DNA of 49,569 nucleotides from Candidatus Krumholzibacteriia bacterium (GTDB lineage: Bacteria; Krumholzibacteriota; Krumholzibacteriia; WVZY01). Positions within the stretch are counted from its first letter, which is position 1, and every line of letters begins with the position of its first letter. The stretch spans positions 1 through 49,569 of the forward strand of contig JAOTUR010000002.1 in assembly GCA_029863805.1 (NCBI GenBank). Reading direction: 5' to 3'. Of this stretch, positions 27,375-37,916 are shown one piece after another. The position numbers and the translations under genes were made by a program. Under the pieces are notes generated by a model. That model ran no database searches, was not told the origin of the DNA, and was given only the letters and a program-made list of their open reading frames with translations.

Positions 27375-27818
27375 ATGCACAACTACTTCAATGAGAAGTC
27401 GCTCCACAATATCGACCCTAAGGGTCGTCTCCTCCTTCCCAAGGACATCCGCCACGCGTTCAAGATAAAGAAGGGGGACCCGTTGTACCTAGTTCCCAAC
27501 CTTTCCGATCCTCAGTATCTGGAAATCCGGACCGCCAAACAGTGGGGTGACTACTGTGAGAGCCTACGGCGAGAGACCTCCGGCGAACAGAAAAAAGACA
27601 CATTCAGGTACGCCATGATGAGCAAGGAGCAATCGACCGTCGATGGCCAGGGACGCATCCTCATACCTCAAGGGATACGAGATAGCTGCAAACTCGATGG
27701 TTCGGTCGCTGTAATCAACATGGACCAGTACACCGAAGTCTGGTGCCAGGAACACGTGGAAAGAAAATATGCAGATATGGTGCGTGCCTTTAAGGCGACC
27801 AACGATCGGATATTTTAA
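27375..27818 (+). CDS. mraZ: Transcriptional regulator MraZ
   Basis: Two AbrB-like DxxGR motifs (IDPKGRLLLP, VDGQGRILIP) plus EVW. First gene before rsmH. ATG 27375 preferred over TTG 27363. Confidence 0.85.
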   Translation: MHNYFNEKSLHNIDPKGRLLLPKDIRHAFKIKKGDPLYLVPNLSDPQYLEIRTAKQWGDYCESLRRETSGEQKKDTFRYAMMSKEQSTVDGQGRILIPQGIRDSCKLDGSVAVINMDQYTEVWCQEHVERKYADMVRAFKATNDRIF

Positions 27819-27886
27819 TGCCGCCGGCGACCAGCGTGACCGAAAGGGATGAGATCTATCGTGTGTCGTGTTCTTGGGAGCATTTG

Positions 27887-28798
27887 ATGTCTCACAAACC
27901 GGTGATGGTGCAGGAAACTCTGACCTATTTACTACATGATAATTCGCAATCGATTCTGGACGCTACAGTGGGCTGTGGAGGCCATACGATGGCGATTCTC
28001 AAAGCCGATCCTAGTGTTCGGGTGCTGGGCATCGACCGAGATGCGCAGGCCCTGCGAGACGCGCAGCGAATGTTGAAGGCTTTTGCGACGAGAATCCGAT
28101 TGGTGGAGACGAACTTCGTGGATGTGGGGAAGGTGCTTTCGGAATGGGGAAGAGTCGACGGCATCCTGGCGGACCTTGGTGTATCGAGTTTGCAACTGGA
28201 CACATCATCGCGTGGATTCAGCTACAGCAAGGACGGTCCACTAGATATGAAAATGTCACCAGAGGGAAGAACGGCGAGAATGCTTTTGCAGGAGACGCAA
28301 CACAGCGACCTGGCCCAGATCTTGAGACAGTACGGCGAGGTTTCAGGAGCAACGAGAATCGCGCGATCGATCCGGCGGGCGGTTGAGAGAAACAACATGA
28401 GAACTACAAGAGATCTCGCAATAGCCATAGACTCCGCATTACCTGGCGTAGCAACACCAGCCTTGCTCAGCAAGGTCTTCCAGGCAGTTCGCATAGCGGT
28501 AAACGACGAGCTGCGGAACATCACGGAGTTTCTGGAACGAGTTTTCACATATGTGAACCAGAACGCGAGGATTGTTATCATCAGCTATCACTCTTTGGAA
28601 GACCGATTGATAAAAGACTTCTTCCGGCGCGAGAGTAAGGATTGCCTGTGTCCGACAGCAGTACCGGTGTGCACCTGTGATCACAGTGCCAGGCTCGAGG
28701 TTTTGACGCGGCGGGTAGTCAAGCCGTCTGTAGAGGAAATCACACGGAACACGCGTGCGCGCAGCGCAAGACTGCGCGCAGCGCGAGTTCTGGGCTAG
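27887..28798 (+). CDS. rsmH: 16S rRNA C1402 N4-methyltransferase
   Basis: ATG 27887 after GGGAG gives MSHKPVM. Motifs DATVGCGGH, DLGVSSLQLD, GPLDM, FQAVRIAVNDE, SYHSLEDR and RARSARLR. Confidence 0.95.
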   Translation: MSHKPVMVQETLTYLLHDNSQSILDATVGCGGHTMAILKADPSVRVLGIDRDAQALRDAQRMLKAFATRIRLVETNFVDVGKVLSEWGRVDGILADLGVSSLQLDTSSRGFSYSKDGPLDMKMSPEGRTARMLLQETQHSDLAQILRQYGEVSGATRIARSIRRAVERNNMRTTRDLAIAIDSALPGVATPALLSKVFQAVRIAVNDELRNITEFLERVFTYVNQNARIVIISYHSLEDRLIKDFFRRESKDCLCPTAVPVCTCDHSARLEVLTRRVVKPSVEEITRNTRARSARLRAARVLG

Positions 28799-28808
28799 GA
28801 GAAGAATA

Positions 28809-29252
28809 TTGAAGACAACGCGCAATCATATCTATCGAAGGTTCAGCAGTCTCGTATTCGCAGCTCTGACGTGTCAGGCGAGGTTGTCTGTGACACTTGC
28901 CGTGTACTCATCGATTGCGCTGCTGTTGTTGACGTACGTGACTGCACAAGTGTACACCAGTGCTCTCACCCAGCAGATTGCGGAGCTGAAGCAGGAGAGG
29001 CACGTCCACAAAGAGATCCTTCACAGAATGTCAAGCGACTACATTTCGTTATCGTCCAGGGCTCGTGTGACGCACTACTGTGAGAGCGTTTTGGGCATGA
29101 CACAGGCAACGGATGATAGCATGGAAAGGATCGCAATCTCTGACGACATCATCGGTTTTCGAGAACCGATCGCGTTCACTCTTCGCGATGCGCGGCCCCC
29201 TGATCCGAACCGTTTCACACTGCTCCGTGAAGACGGAAAGTCAGGTCAATGA
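28809..29252 (+). CDS. ftsL: Cell division protein FtsL-like
   Basis: Between rsmH and ftsI. Short cytoplasmic N-terminus, one TM, coiled coil, LSS..RV...LGM pattern. TTG start after AGGAG. Confidence 0.65.
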   Translation: MKTTRNHIYRRFSSLVFAALTCQARLSVTLAVYSSIALLLLTYVTAQVYTSALTQQIAELKQERHVHKEILHRMSSDYISLSSRARVTHYCESVLGMTQATDDSMERIAISDDIIGFREPIAFTLRDARPPDPNRFTLLREDGKSGQ

Positions 29253-31360
29253 AAAGTTGGAAAAATAATCTCCGACTCTATGTCGTCGGTGGCATCTTTG
29301 TACTCTTTACCTTTGTGCTGTGGGCCCGACTGATCCAGGTTCAGGTTTTCGGCCAGGCGCACTATGGGAACATCGCCGAAAATCAGTGGAAAGTGACGCG
29401 TCAAATACCGCCGGTGCGCGGGGGCATCTTCGATCGCAACGGCCGTCCACTGGCATTGAGTATACGCTCCTGTTCGGTATCTTTGCGACCACAAGAGGTC
29501 AAAGAGCCGGCCAGAGTTATCTCGCTTCTTTCCAAACGTCTGTCGATATCCAAGCGTTCAATCAAGAAGTACCTCCGTTCGGACAAGCCTTTTGTTTGGG
29601 TAAAAAGACAGTGCTCCTTGTCCGAAAAGTCACGACTGGAGCTGAAGTCGATTCCCGGCGTGGATATTCATTGGGAAGCCGACCGTGTATATCCGTTCGG
29701 AAGTACAGGGGCAAAGATCGTGGGTTTTGTCGGACGTGACAGCAAGGGGATGGCCGGCATAGAAGCCACTTTTGACGAGACGCTAGCGGGGGAGCCCGGT
29801 TGGGAGAAAGTGCAGCGAGACGGAGCTTACAGATCTCGAGGTTATTACACCTATGCACAAAGAAAGCCAAAAGACGGCAGGCATGTGTTCTTGACCATTG
29901 ACGCAAGCATTCAGGAAATTGCTGAACTCGAGCTAGAGCGGGCAACGGAACAGATGGGCGCAAAAGGTGGAACGCTAATCGTCCTGGATTGCAAGAGCGG
30001 TGAGATCCTGTCTTTGGCCGAGTATCCCGCTCCCACCTCTCGAGAGAACGAGGATTTGGTTGATTCGCTATGGACTATTCGTTCGATCTCCCATGCCTAT
30101 GAGCCCGGTTCCACATTCAAGTTGGTGACCGCAGCGGCTCTGCTCGAAACGTCGAAGATTCGCAGCTTTGATGTATTCGACGCGGAAAACGGCAAGGCGG
30201 ACCTAGGGGTCGCCGTCATATCAGACGCCCATCCACATGGCCACTTGACGTTTAGGGAGGGGTTCGTGTTATCCAGCAACATTGTCATGGCCAAAGCCTC
30301 CCTCAATCTCGACCCGATGGAATTTTTCAAGTTTATTCGCGTGTTTGGCTTTGGCGCGAAGACGGGTGTCCAATTTCCCGGCGAATCAGCTGGCCGTGTC
30401 GCACCGGTAAGCGAGTGGTCGCGGCGGACTCAGGTAACAATGGCGTTTGGTCAGGAGATCGCTGTAACCCCTCTGCAAATGGCAAACGCGTTTGCCGCCG
30501 TCGCAAACGACGGAGTGCTAATGGTCCCCAGAATCGTGAAATCGGTCGTAGATGAGAATCGGGGCACGGTCAAAGCGTTTGATGCCGTGAAGGTTCGCAG
30601 GATCGTATCGGAGGACACCGCCCGGCGCCTCAAGAGCTTCTGCCAGGCAGTAGTCGAGGAAGGGACCGGTACCAAAGCAGCTCTGGATTATTTGCGTCTG
30701 TCCGGCAAGACGGGCACGGCAGAGAAGGCGTCGGTGCAGGGGGGCTATTCATCTAATCGGTTTATAGCGAGCTTTATTGGATTTGCACCTTACGACGATC
30801 CTCAGATCGTCTGTTTGGTGTCACTCGACGAACCCAGCTATTACTACCGGTTTGGCGGGGTCTCCGCGGCACCCGTTTTTGCTAGGATGATGGCAGCGAT
30901 TGCGAACTCCTCGTCCATTTTTGACGAGGTCCTGTTGAGCGATTTTCTTGAGGATGACCCAATGGCAGCTGCGGGTACGCACATAGCCCCAAATTTCTTG
31001 AGGCTCGATCGCGACAGGGCTATGCAGCGTGCAAGGCAGCTCGAGCTAAACGTGTTGTGCAAAGGGGAAGGTGGTGAAGTGGTAGCCCAGGATCCTGACC
31101 CCGGTGTGGCTATGGCACGCGACGAAGTCATCCGGCTTTACATGAGTGGCAATGGCTCGTCGTCGGTGTCTGAAACACCGGATCTCGTGGGCTTGCCGTT
31201 ACGTGTCGCCAAACGCAGAGCCGTAGAGGCGGGACTCCGCTGCCGCGTCACTGGCAGTGGGGTAGTTACTTCGCAGTATCCTCCGCCCAAACACTCAGCG
31301 AAGGGTGGCGTTGTCAAAATCTATTGCGAGAACAAGCTGGTAGCAGGGTTCAAGAGTTGA
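29249..31360 (+). CDS. ftsI: Class B PBP transpeptidase FtsI with two C-terminal PASTA domains
   Basis: RGGIFDRNG, EPGSTFK (SxxK), SSN (SxN) and GKTGT (KTG). PASTA-like APNFL...VVAQDPDPG and TPDLVGL...VTSQYP. Confidence 0.92.
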   Translation: MKSWKNNLRLYVVGGIFVLFTFVLWARLIQVQVFGQAHYGNIAENQWKVTRQIPPVRGGIFDRNGRPLALSIRSCSVSLRPQEVKEPARVISLLSKRLSISKRSIKKYLRSDKPFVWVKRQCSLSEKSRLELKSIPGVDIHWEADRVYPFGSTGAKIVGFVGRDSKGMAGIEATFDETLAGEPGWEKVQRDGAYRSRGYYTYAQRKPKDGRHVFLTIDASIQEIAELELERATEQMGAKGGTLIVLDCKSGEILSLAEYPAPTSRENEDLVDSLWTIRSISHAYEPGSTFKLVTAAALLETSKIRSFDVFDAENGKADLGVAVISDAHPHGHLTFREGFVLSSNIVMAKASLNLDPMEFFKFIRVFGFGAKTGVQFPGESAGRVAPVSEWSRRTQVTMAFGQEIAVTPLQMANAFAAVANDGVLMVPRIVKSVVDENRGTVKAFDAVKVRRIVSEDTARRLKSFCQAVVEEGTGTKAALDYLRLSGKTGTAEKASVQGGYSSNRFIASFIGFAPYDDPQIVCLVSLDEPSYYYRFGGVSAAPVFARMMAAIANSSSIFDEVLLSDFLEDDPMAAAGTHIAPNFLRLDRDRAMQRARQLELNVLCKGEGGEVVAQDPDPGVAMARDEVIRLYMSGNGSSSVSETPDLVGLPLRVAKRRAVEAGLRCRVTGSGVVTSQYPPPKHSAKGGVVKIYCENKLVAGFKS

Positions 31361-31366
31361 TCCGTC

Positions 31367-32881
31367 ATGGGGGCGAGACGTAAGAAGATCGATGAGACCT
31401 TTCGTCTCGCCAGACTTATGGACGCTCTAGATAAAGTGGGCGCGAACAACATGCGAGATCTGGATGTGCGGGGACTAAAGAGCGACTCTCGGGCGGTGGA
31501 GCCGGGGGATGTTTTTGTCGCACTGCGCGGTGTGACGTTTGATGGCCATGGTCACGTGCGTGAGGCTATAGAACGAGGCGCCGTCGCTTGTGTCACTGAA
31601 CACCGCGTCGAGACCGGCGATGTGCCAAACGTTGTCGTGACGGATACAGCAAAAGCGCTAGCTGTGTTGGCGTCACATATTGCTGAAGATCCCGCACGAG
31701 ACTTGCGCTTGGTTGGGGTGACCGGCACCAACGGCAAGACGTCGACGGCCCACTTGCTACGCGCGATCTGTGATAAATCGTCCTGGGGCAAGATGGGGAT
31801 AATTGGCACGGTCGGGCACGGGGTGGGCACTGAATTGGAGGAGGGCGCACATACCACTCCGGAGCCGATCACACTCCACCGATTGTTGAAGAAGATAAAA
31901 AAGCAGTCTTGTGTCGGGGTGGTCATGGAGGTCAGTTCTCACGCGGTGAGGCAGCAACGCGTTTGGGGGCTGGATTTTGAGATTGGGATGCTTACCAATA
32001 TAACCCGTGATCACCTCGATTATCATCCAACCTTCGAAGACTATGTCGATGCGAAACGGGAGTTCTGTTACTCGCTGATTGCCGCAGGTCGGCGTAAGGA
32101 AGCCGGTACCTTGATATACTCAGTGGATAACGAGCAATCCAAAGACATCGGCGAGAGATTCCCCGGCAAGAAGATCTCGACCAGCTCGAGAGTCAAGGCT
32201 GATGTTTTCGCCGCAGGTGTAAGAGCGACCCGTGAGGGAACGCGGTTTGAGTTGCATTTCGCGTCCGGTCGCATCTCTGTCAACTTGCAACTGCTGGGGA
32301 CTTTTAGTGCTGCAAACGCGGTGATGGCCGCGGCGGGAGCACATCAGCTTGGCATCGATCACGAAGCGATAAAGCAGGGTTTGGAGTCTGTGAGTCGCGT
32401 GCGCGGTCGCTTCGAAGCGCTGGGAGGCGGAACCAAACCCCTGGTGATCGTGGACTACTCGCACACGCCCGATAGTCTAGAGCGAACCCTCAAGTTTTGT
32501 CGAGTACTTACCCCAGGGCGGCTTATAACCGTCTTTGGATGTGGCGGCGATCGTGATAAGGGTAAGCGTCCCCTAATGGGTGAGATCGCGGAGAAGTACT
32601 CTGATATTTGTTACGTAACCAGCGATAACCCTCGGAGCGAGGATCCGGGACGAATCATAGAAGAAATCCTCTCGGGCATGGATCCCCATGGTGAGCAGCT
32701 TCATGTTGAGGTGGACCGGAGAAAGGCAATTCACGAAGCTATCGAACAATCAGCCAAAGGCGACCTGGTGGCGATTTGCGGCAAGGGTCACGAGGATTAT
32801 CAAATCATCGGTGCGAGAAGAATTCACTTTGACGACCGTGAGCAAGCCGAACGAGCTCTGCAAAAATGGGACATGAGTTGA
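31367..32881 (+). CDS. murE: UDP-MurNAc-tripeptide synthetase, mDAP-type
   Basis: GVTGTNGKT, HTTP, MEVSSH, DYSHTPD, FGCGGDRD, GKGHE, and the DNPR motif associated with meso-DAP specificity. Confidence 0.95.
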   Translation: MGARRKKIDETFRLARLMDALDKVGANNMRDLDVRGLKSDSRAVEPGDVFVALRGVTFDGHGHVREAIERGAVACVTEHRVETGDVPNVVVTDTAKALAVLASHIAEDPARDLRLVGVTGTNGKTSTAHLLRAICDKSSWGKMGIIGTVGHGVGTELEEGAHTTPEPITLHRLLKKIKKQSCVGVVMEVSSHAVRQQRVWGLDFEIGMLTNITRDHLDYHPTFEDYVDAKREFCYSLIAAGRRKEAGTLIYSVDNEQSKDIGERFPGKKISTSSRVKADVFAAGVRATREGTRFELHFASGRISVNLQLLGTFSAANAVMAAAGAHQLGIDHEAIKQGLESVSRVRGRFEALGGGTKPLVIVDYSHTPDSLERTLKFCRVLTPGRLITVFGCGGDRDKGKRPLMGEIAEKYSDICYVTSDNPRSEDPGRIIEEILSGMDPHGEQLHVEVDRRKAIHEAIEQSAKGDLVAICGKGHEDYQIIGARRIHFDDREQAERALQKWDMS

Positions 32882-34278
32882 TGGCAAAGACGTTGACTTG
32901 GGTCGAGCGCTCTCTCAAAGACGCTGATCTGCTGCGGAGGGGCGATTTGTTCGGGCGTGATGACGACGGTTGGCTGGGAGCCACGATCGACTCCCGAGGG
33001 GACTGCTCGCAACGCATATTCTTCGCCTTAAAGGGAGAACACACGGACGGTAATCGTTTTGCTGGGGAAGCTCGGTCCAAGGGGTGTCGTGCCGTCATTA
33101 TCGACCGTAAGGATACGGTCGATGAGGTTGTCCACAACAGAATACCCTTCTTTCTTGTCGAAGACTCGTTGACTGCGCTTCAGCAACTGGCGCGGGCGTA
33201 TAGGGGCTCAGTGGACGTTCGAGTCATTGCCGTGACGGGTAGCGCGGGAAAGACGACTACAAAAGAATACATAAAGATGATTCTGAAGAAGAACTACAAG
33301 GTTCATTCAAATCGGGGCAATCTCAACAACCATATTGGTGTACCCCTCACTCTATTGGAAATGGACCACGAAAGCGAGTACCTGATCTCCGAGGTCGCCG
33401 CCAATCACGTCGGGGAGATCGATTTTCTTGCTGAGATTTTGAGTCCGGATATCGGAGTCATTACCAATATTGGAGATGCTCATATCGGTCTTTTCGGGAG
33501 CCGGGCAAAAATCGCCGAGGCGAAGGCAGAGCTGTTACATAGAATCGAAGCCGCAGGAACGGCGGTTTTACCTGGTGATGACGATTATCTCGAGGTGCTT
33601 ATGAAGGGCACGCGATGCAAAATCGTGACTTTCGGGTATGGCGACGAATGCACATTTGGAATTTCTTCGATCGTCGAGCAGGAGGAACGGATTGCGTTCG
33701 AAATAAACGGGCAACGTCTAGCGATAAGAACTTTTGGGTTATACAACGTGTTGAATGCCGCTGCAGCTTTTGCCGTTGGAGACCTGTGTGGCATCGAAAT
33801 AGAACACATTGCACAAGCGTTTGCCGAGGTAGAACCGATACGTGGTCGGGCTCACATGCAGCGCGTGCGAGATGTCGTGTTGATTGATGACTCATACAAT
33901 GCTAATCCAACGAGCATGCGCGTCTCTCTCGATGCGATGTGCCGCGTTGCCGGCAAGCGTCGGATCGCCATCCTAGGTGATATGGCTGAACTCGGGTCGT
34001 ACTCCGATTCCGAACATCGCCAGCTCGGTAGCTATATCGTCGGCTCGTGTGTCGACCGAGTATATTGGTTGGGTGAAGAAGGGCAACACGTGGCTGAGGG
34101 GATGGGATCGGGTGAGAAATCGATACTTTTGTTCGATGGATTGGAAGAACTGTGTGGATTTGTTGAAGGGGATCTGCAGTCAGGCGATGTAGTGCTGGTC
34201 AAGGCGTCGCGGGCGTCTGCTCTCGATAAACTGGTTGCGCGATTACAGCAGACTGTTCTCAAGGAAGACGGGAAGTAA
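32881..34278 (+). CDS. murF: UDP-MurNAc-pentapeptide synthetase
   Basis: IDSR, TGSAGKTTTK, NLNNHIGVP, DDSYNANP.SM, LGDMAELG and VKASR. TGATG coupling with murE. Confidence 0.95.
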   Translation: MAKTLTWVERSLKDADLLRRGDLFGRDDDGWLGATIDSRGDCSQRIFFALKGEHTDGNRFAGEARSKGCRAVIIDRKDTVDEVVHNRIPFFLVEDSLTALQQLARAYRGSVDVRVIAVTGSAGKTTTKEYIKMILKKNYKVHSNRGNLNNHIGVPLTLLEMDHESEYLISEVAANHVGEIDFLAEILSPDIGVITNIGDAHIGLFGSRAKIAEAKAELLHRIEAAGTAVLPGDDDYLEVLMKGTRCKIVTFGYGDECTFGISSIVEQEERIAFEINGQRLAIRTFGLYNVLNAAAAFAVGDLCGIEIEHIAQAFAEVEPIRGRAHMQRVRDVVLIDDSYNANPTSMRVSLDAMCRVAGKRRIAILGDMAELGSYSDSEHRQLGSYIVGSCVDRVYWLGEEGQHVAEGMGSGEKSILLFDGLEELCGFVEGDLQSGDVVLVKASRASALDKLVARLQQTVLKEDGK

Positions 34279-35363
34279 TGCTATATCATCTCCTTTATCC
34301 CTTGCATGAGTATTTCTCCGCCTTAAATGTATTTCGTTACATTACGTTTAGAGCAGCCTACGCGACGGTCACCGCGCTCCTCATTAGCTTTGTCATAGGA
34401 CCGTGGTTCATTCGTTTCCTGCAAAGACGTAACGTCTGTGAGCAGATCAGCGATGACGGGCCGGAGACGCACGCTGCCAAGCGTGGTACGCCGACCATGG
34501 GCGGGCTACTTATCCTTGCGGCGATAGTTGTTCCAGCGCTTCTGTGGTGTAATCTGACGAATCCTTACGTGCAGATTGCCTTGATCACAACGTTGTGGAT
34601 GGGGCTAATCGGTTTTATTGACGACTACCTGGGGGTCATCAAGAAGCGACCAAAAGGTCTTGTTGGTCGTTACAAGCTTATTGGCCAAGTAACCTATGGT
34701 TTAGCTCTGGGTGCCTTCCTTTATTTCAGGCCGCTTCTAGCGGATGCCGGAACACTGTCGAGCATTCCATTCATGAAGGGTCTTTTCATCAACTTCGGAC
34801 CGTTGTACATCATTCTGGTGATGTTAGTGCTGACGGCAACCAGTAACGCGGTCAACCTCACCGACGGTGTTGACGGCCTGGCAATCGGACTGGGCGCGTT
34901 TTGTTTTTTGGCCTTTGCGGGATTGGCTTATTTGAGTGGTCACCGGGTTTTCTCCGAATACCTCAATATACTCTACCTCGATGGCAGCGGTGAGCTAAGC
35001 ATCTATTGTATGGCTGTCGTGGGTGCGTCGCTTGGCTTCCTGTGGTACAACAGTCATCCCGCTCAAATTTTCATGGGCGACACGGGCTCGCTAGCCTTGG
35101 GTGGTGCGCTCGGCGCTGTTGCGGTTCTTCTCAAAAGAGAACTCCTGTTGCTCGTCATAGGTGGAATTTTTGTCGCTGAGGCGCTGAGTGTGATTATTCA
35201 AGTCGCCTCTTTCAGATTTAGAAGAAAGAGGATATTCAAGATGTCGCCACTTCATCATCATTTCGAGCTTAGTGGCTGGTCCGAATCCAAAATTGTCGTC
35301 CGTTTCTGGATAATCGCTACCTTGCTGACTCTGCTGAGCCTCAGCACATTGAAACTTCAATAA
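34278..35363 (+). CDS. mraY: Phospho-MurNAc-pentapeptide transferase
   Basis: KRGTPTMGG, GFIDDY, NAVNLTDGVDGL, FMGDTGS and PLHHHFE. Confidence 0.97.
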   Translation: MLYHLLYPLHEYFSALNVFRYITFRAAYATVTALLISFVIGPWFIRFLQRRNVCEQISDDGPETHAAKRGTPTMGGLLILAAIVVPALLWCNLTNPYVQIALITTLWMGLIGFIDDYLGVIKKRPKGLVGRYKLIGQVTYGLALGAFLYFRPLLADAGTLSSIPFMKGLFINFGPLYIILVMLVLTATSNAVNLTDGVDGLAIGLGAFCFLAFAGLAYLSGHRVFSEYLNILYLDGSGELSIYCMAVVGASLGFLWYNSHPAQIFMGDTGSLALGGALGAVAVLLKRELLLLVIGGIFVAEALSVIIQVASFRFRRKRIFKMSPLHHHFELSGWSESKIVVRFWIIATLLTLLSLSTLKLQ

Positions 35364-35374
35364 ACCGGGTCGAC

Positions 35375-36733
35375 ATGAATATCTCAAAAAAGAAATCCTT
35401 CTTGGTCCTTGGAATGGGAAAGAGCGGAATAGCGGTCGCCAGACTTCTGGCAGACAAGGGTTTTTCGGTGGTGGTCTTCGACGATGATCGATCCGCCATG
35501 GATGTCGCGAGCAGCATGCCGGAAATCACTGGTATCAGAGATAGCATCGAATTTGCCAGCGGGGAAAGTGTCCTTCGCCATCTGGTGCAAAGTGATTGTC
35601 TTGTCGTGAGTCCCGGCGTGCCACTCGATCATCCGTTGGTAAAGAAAGCCGAGCTTGATGGCATCGAGCTCACGGGAGAGCTGGAAGTAGCGTATCACTT
35701 TTGCTCCTCCAATCTAGTGGGCGTCACCGGAACGAATGGTAAATCCACGGTGGTGGGGCTGCTCGGCAGTATTTTTACTGCCGCAGGCAAGCGGTGTGTC
35801 GTTGCGGGAAATATCGGGACGCCGTTGTCATCGGTCGTGGACAGTAAAGAGCAATTCGACATCATTGTTCTCGAGATCAGTAGTTTCCAGCTCGACACAA
35901 TATCCGATTTCAAGGTTGGAGTCGCAGTACTTTTGAATGTGACAGCGGACCACCTCGATAGGTATGACAACTCTTTCGAGCGATACTCCCAGTCCAAATC
36001 AAGGATTCTCAATCGTGCAGATGAAAACACGTTTTTTGTCTATAATGCCGAGGATGCGGTGTGTCGACGGATCGCTGCTGGTTTTCGGGGCAAGAAAATA
36101 CCTTTTAGTTCTGCAAAACGCTTGTCGTGCGGAGTGTATCTCGACGACGATGCGATCGTCGAGCGCTGGCAAGGCCATGCGAGTTCGATCCTGGCGACGA
36201 AAGATTTCTCTCCGGTCGGTGTTCACAACCTTGAAAACGCAATGGCGGCTGTAGCTGCTGCCAAGCCCTTCTCCATCTCCGGGGACATTATCCGTGGAGC
36301 GCTCAAAAGATATCATTCTCTACCGCATCGAATGGAAATGACGCGAATTGTACGCGGGGTGGCCTATATCAACGATTCCAAAGCAACCAACGTGGATGCG
36401 GCCATCAAGAGTGTACGTAGCATCGAGGGTTCGCTGGTCTTGATCATGGGTGGCCTCGATAAGAATGGCGATTTTACGCCGCTAGTAGATCATATCGGTG
36501 GTGTCAAGCTGGTTGTGGTTATTGGGCAGGCAAGCGACAAGATTGTGTCCGTCTTGAACGGTCACTGCGAGATACAACGCGCAGACAGCATGGAAGCGGC
36601 GGTCAAGATCGCGAGCGAGCACACCACCGCGGGGGACACGGTCCTCCTTGCACCGGCATGTGCCAGTTTTGATATGTTTCGCGATTACATGGCGCGAGGT
36701 GAGGCATTCACCGGCGCCGTTAACTCTCTGTGA
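35375..36733 (+). CDS. murD: UDP-MurNAc-L-Ala:D-Glu ligase
   Basis: LGMGKSG, SPGVP, TGTNGKST, EISSFQL, DHLDRY, NDSKATN and PACASFDMF. Confidence 0.96.
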   Translation: MNISKKKSFLVLGMGKSGIAVARLLADKGFSVVVFDDDRSAMDVASSMPEITGIRDSIEFASGESVLRHLVQSDCLVVSPGVPLDHPLVKKAELDGIELTGELEVAYHFCSSNLVGVTGTNGKSTVVGLLGSIFTAAGKRCVVAGNIGTPLSSVVDSKEQFDIIVLEISSFQLDTISDFKVGVAVLLNVTADHLDRYDNSFERYSQSKSRILNRADENTFFVYNAEDAVCRRIAAGFRGKKIPFSSAKRLSCGVYLDDDAIVERWQGHASSILATKDFSPVGVHNLENAMAAVAAAKPFSISGDIIRGALKRYHSLPHRMEMTRIVRGVAYINDSKATNVDAAIKSVRSIEGSLVLIMGGLDKNGDFTPLVDHIGGVKLVVVIGQASDKIVSVLNGHCEIQRADSMEAAVKIASEHTTAGDTVLLAPACASFDMFRDYMARGEAFTGAVNSL

Positions 36734-36743
36734 GTAATTAGCA

Positions 36744-37916
36744 ATGCGTAAGCTGAACCCAGCACAGATGGAATGCGATAAGCGAATCCTCTTGATCGTT
36801 GTGATTCTGCTGGCGGTAGGGGCAAGCCTTGTAGCGTCGTCAAGTTCGTACTTTTCCACAGCCAAGTTTTCAGATCCCTATTTCCTGCTCAAACGACATC
36901 TTGTCAGAATGTTGATCGCGGGTTTGTTTCTCATTCTTGCCATGCACATTGATTACCGGATTTTTCGTAAGCTGTCGCCTGTGGCCCTGACGGTGGGCAT
37001 TGCCATGCTCGTAGGGCTGCTTATTTTTGGACACGCTATCAGGGATACGATGCGATGGTATCACGTGCGATTTCTACAAGTGACATTTCAACCATCGGAG
37101 ATGGCACGTCTATCGTTAGTGCTGTTTCTCGCTTACTGGGTAGCGCGCAAGGGAGAATCGCTCCAAGATTTCAAGAGCGGATTTCTTCCGCCGGCGGCTG
37201 CAATTGTTGCAGTGCTCGGTTTGATGGCAGCACAACCAAACTATGGCTCTGCGTCTGCGACGGCGATTATAGCCTTTTTGATGCTCTACTTAGGTGGGGT
37301 AAGAATTCGCCACCTGACCGTGCTGGGGCTGTCCGTCGCGGGGGTCGCACTACTTAGAGTGATAAGTGGCGGATATGTACGCGAAAGAATCGTGGCATAT
37401 TTCAACCGCAGTGAGGGTATCGGCGACATGAATTGGCAGCTTTATCAGTCGCTGGTGGGACTCGGGTCGGGTGGTCCACTGGGCTTGGGTTTTGGCGAGA
37501 GCAGGCAGAAACTAAATTGGTTGCCCGACTCGCACACCGACTTCATCTTCTCGATACTGGGCGAGGAAGCGGGGTTGATCGGGACACTGTTGGTAAGCCT
37601 CTTGTTCCTGCTCTTGGTGCTGCGTGCACTCAAGATATCGACGAACAGCGGAGACAAGTTTGGACAGATGCTGGTTATCGGGATTGGCTGTTCTATTTTC
37701 GTCTATGCAATGCTCAACATGTCCGTCGCTACGGGGCTCTTCCCCGTTACGGGATTGCCACTTCCCTTCCTGAGTTATGGCGGTTCCGCGTTGGTGGTAA
37801 ATGCGTTTTCCGTCGGTATACTTTTGAATGTTTCCAAAAGAACATCGTTGTCGAATCCGTCGCGAAGACGTCGGCGACCTCTTCGCGTCTATGTCAAGGG
37901 GGAGCGATGCGTGTAA
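36744..37916 (+). CDS. ftsW: SEDS peptidoglycan polymerase FtsW
   Basis: RW..., FQPSE, LPDSHTDFIFSILGEE and PVTGLPLPFLSYGGS. Confidence 0.95.
   Translation: MRKLNPAQMECDKRILLIVVILLAVGASLVASSSSYFSTAKFSDPYFLLKRHLVRMLIAGLFLILAMHIDYRIFRKLSPVALTVGIAMLVGLLIFGHAIRDTMRWYHVRFLQVTFQPSEMARLSLVLFLAYWVARKGESLQDFKSGFLPPAAAIVAVLGLMAAQPNYGSASATAIIAFLMLYLGGVRIRHLTVLGLSVAGVALLRVISGGYVRERIVAYFNRSEGIGDMNWQLYQSLVGLGSGGPLGLGFGESRQKLNWLPDSHTDFIFSILGEEAGLIGTLLVSLLFLLLVLRALKISTNSGDKFGQMLVIGIGCSIFVYAMLNMSVATGLFPVTGLPLPFLSYGGSALVVNAFSVGILLNVSKRTSLSNPSRRRRRPLRVYVKGERCV

Noticed and set aside
27101-27394. 97-aa ORF between the GT-C gene and mraZ
   Set aside because: Runs through the hairpins and the dcw promoter, with no protein-like features.
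37433-37906. N-terminal extension making MurG 548 aa
   Set aside because: Overlaps ftsW in another frame. The canonical start with an RBS is at 37907.
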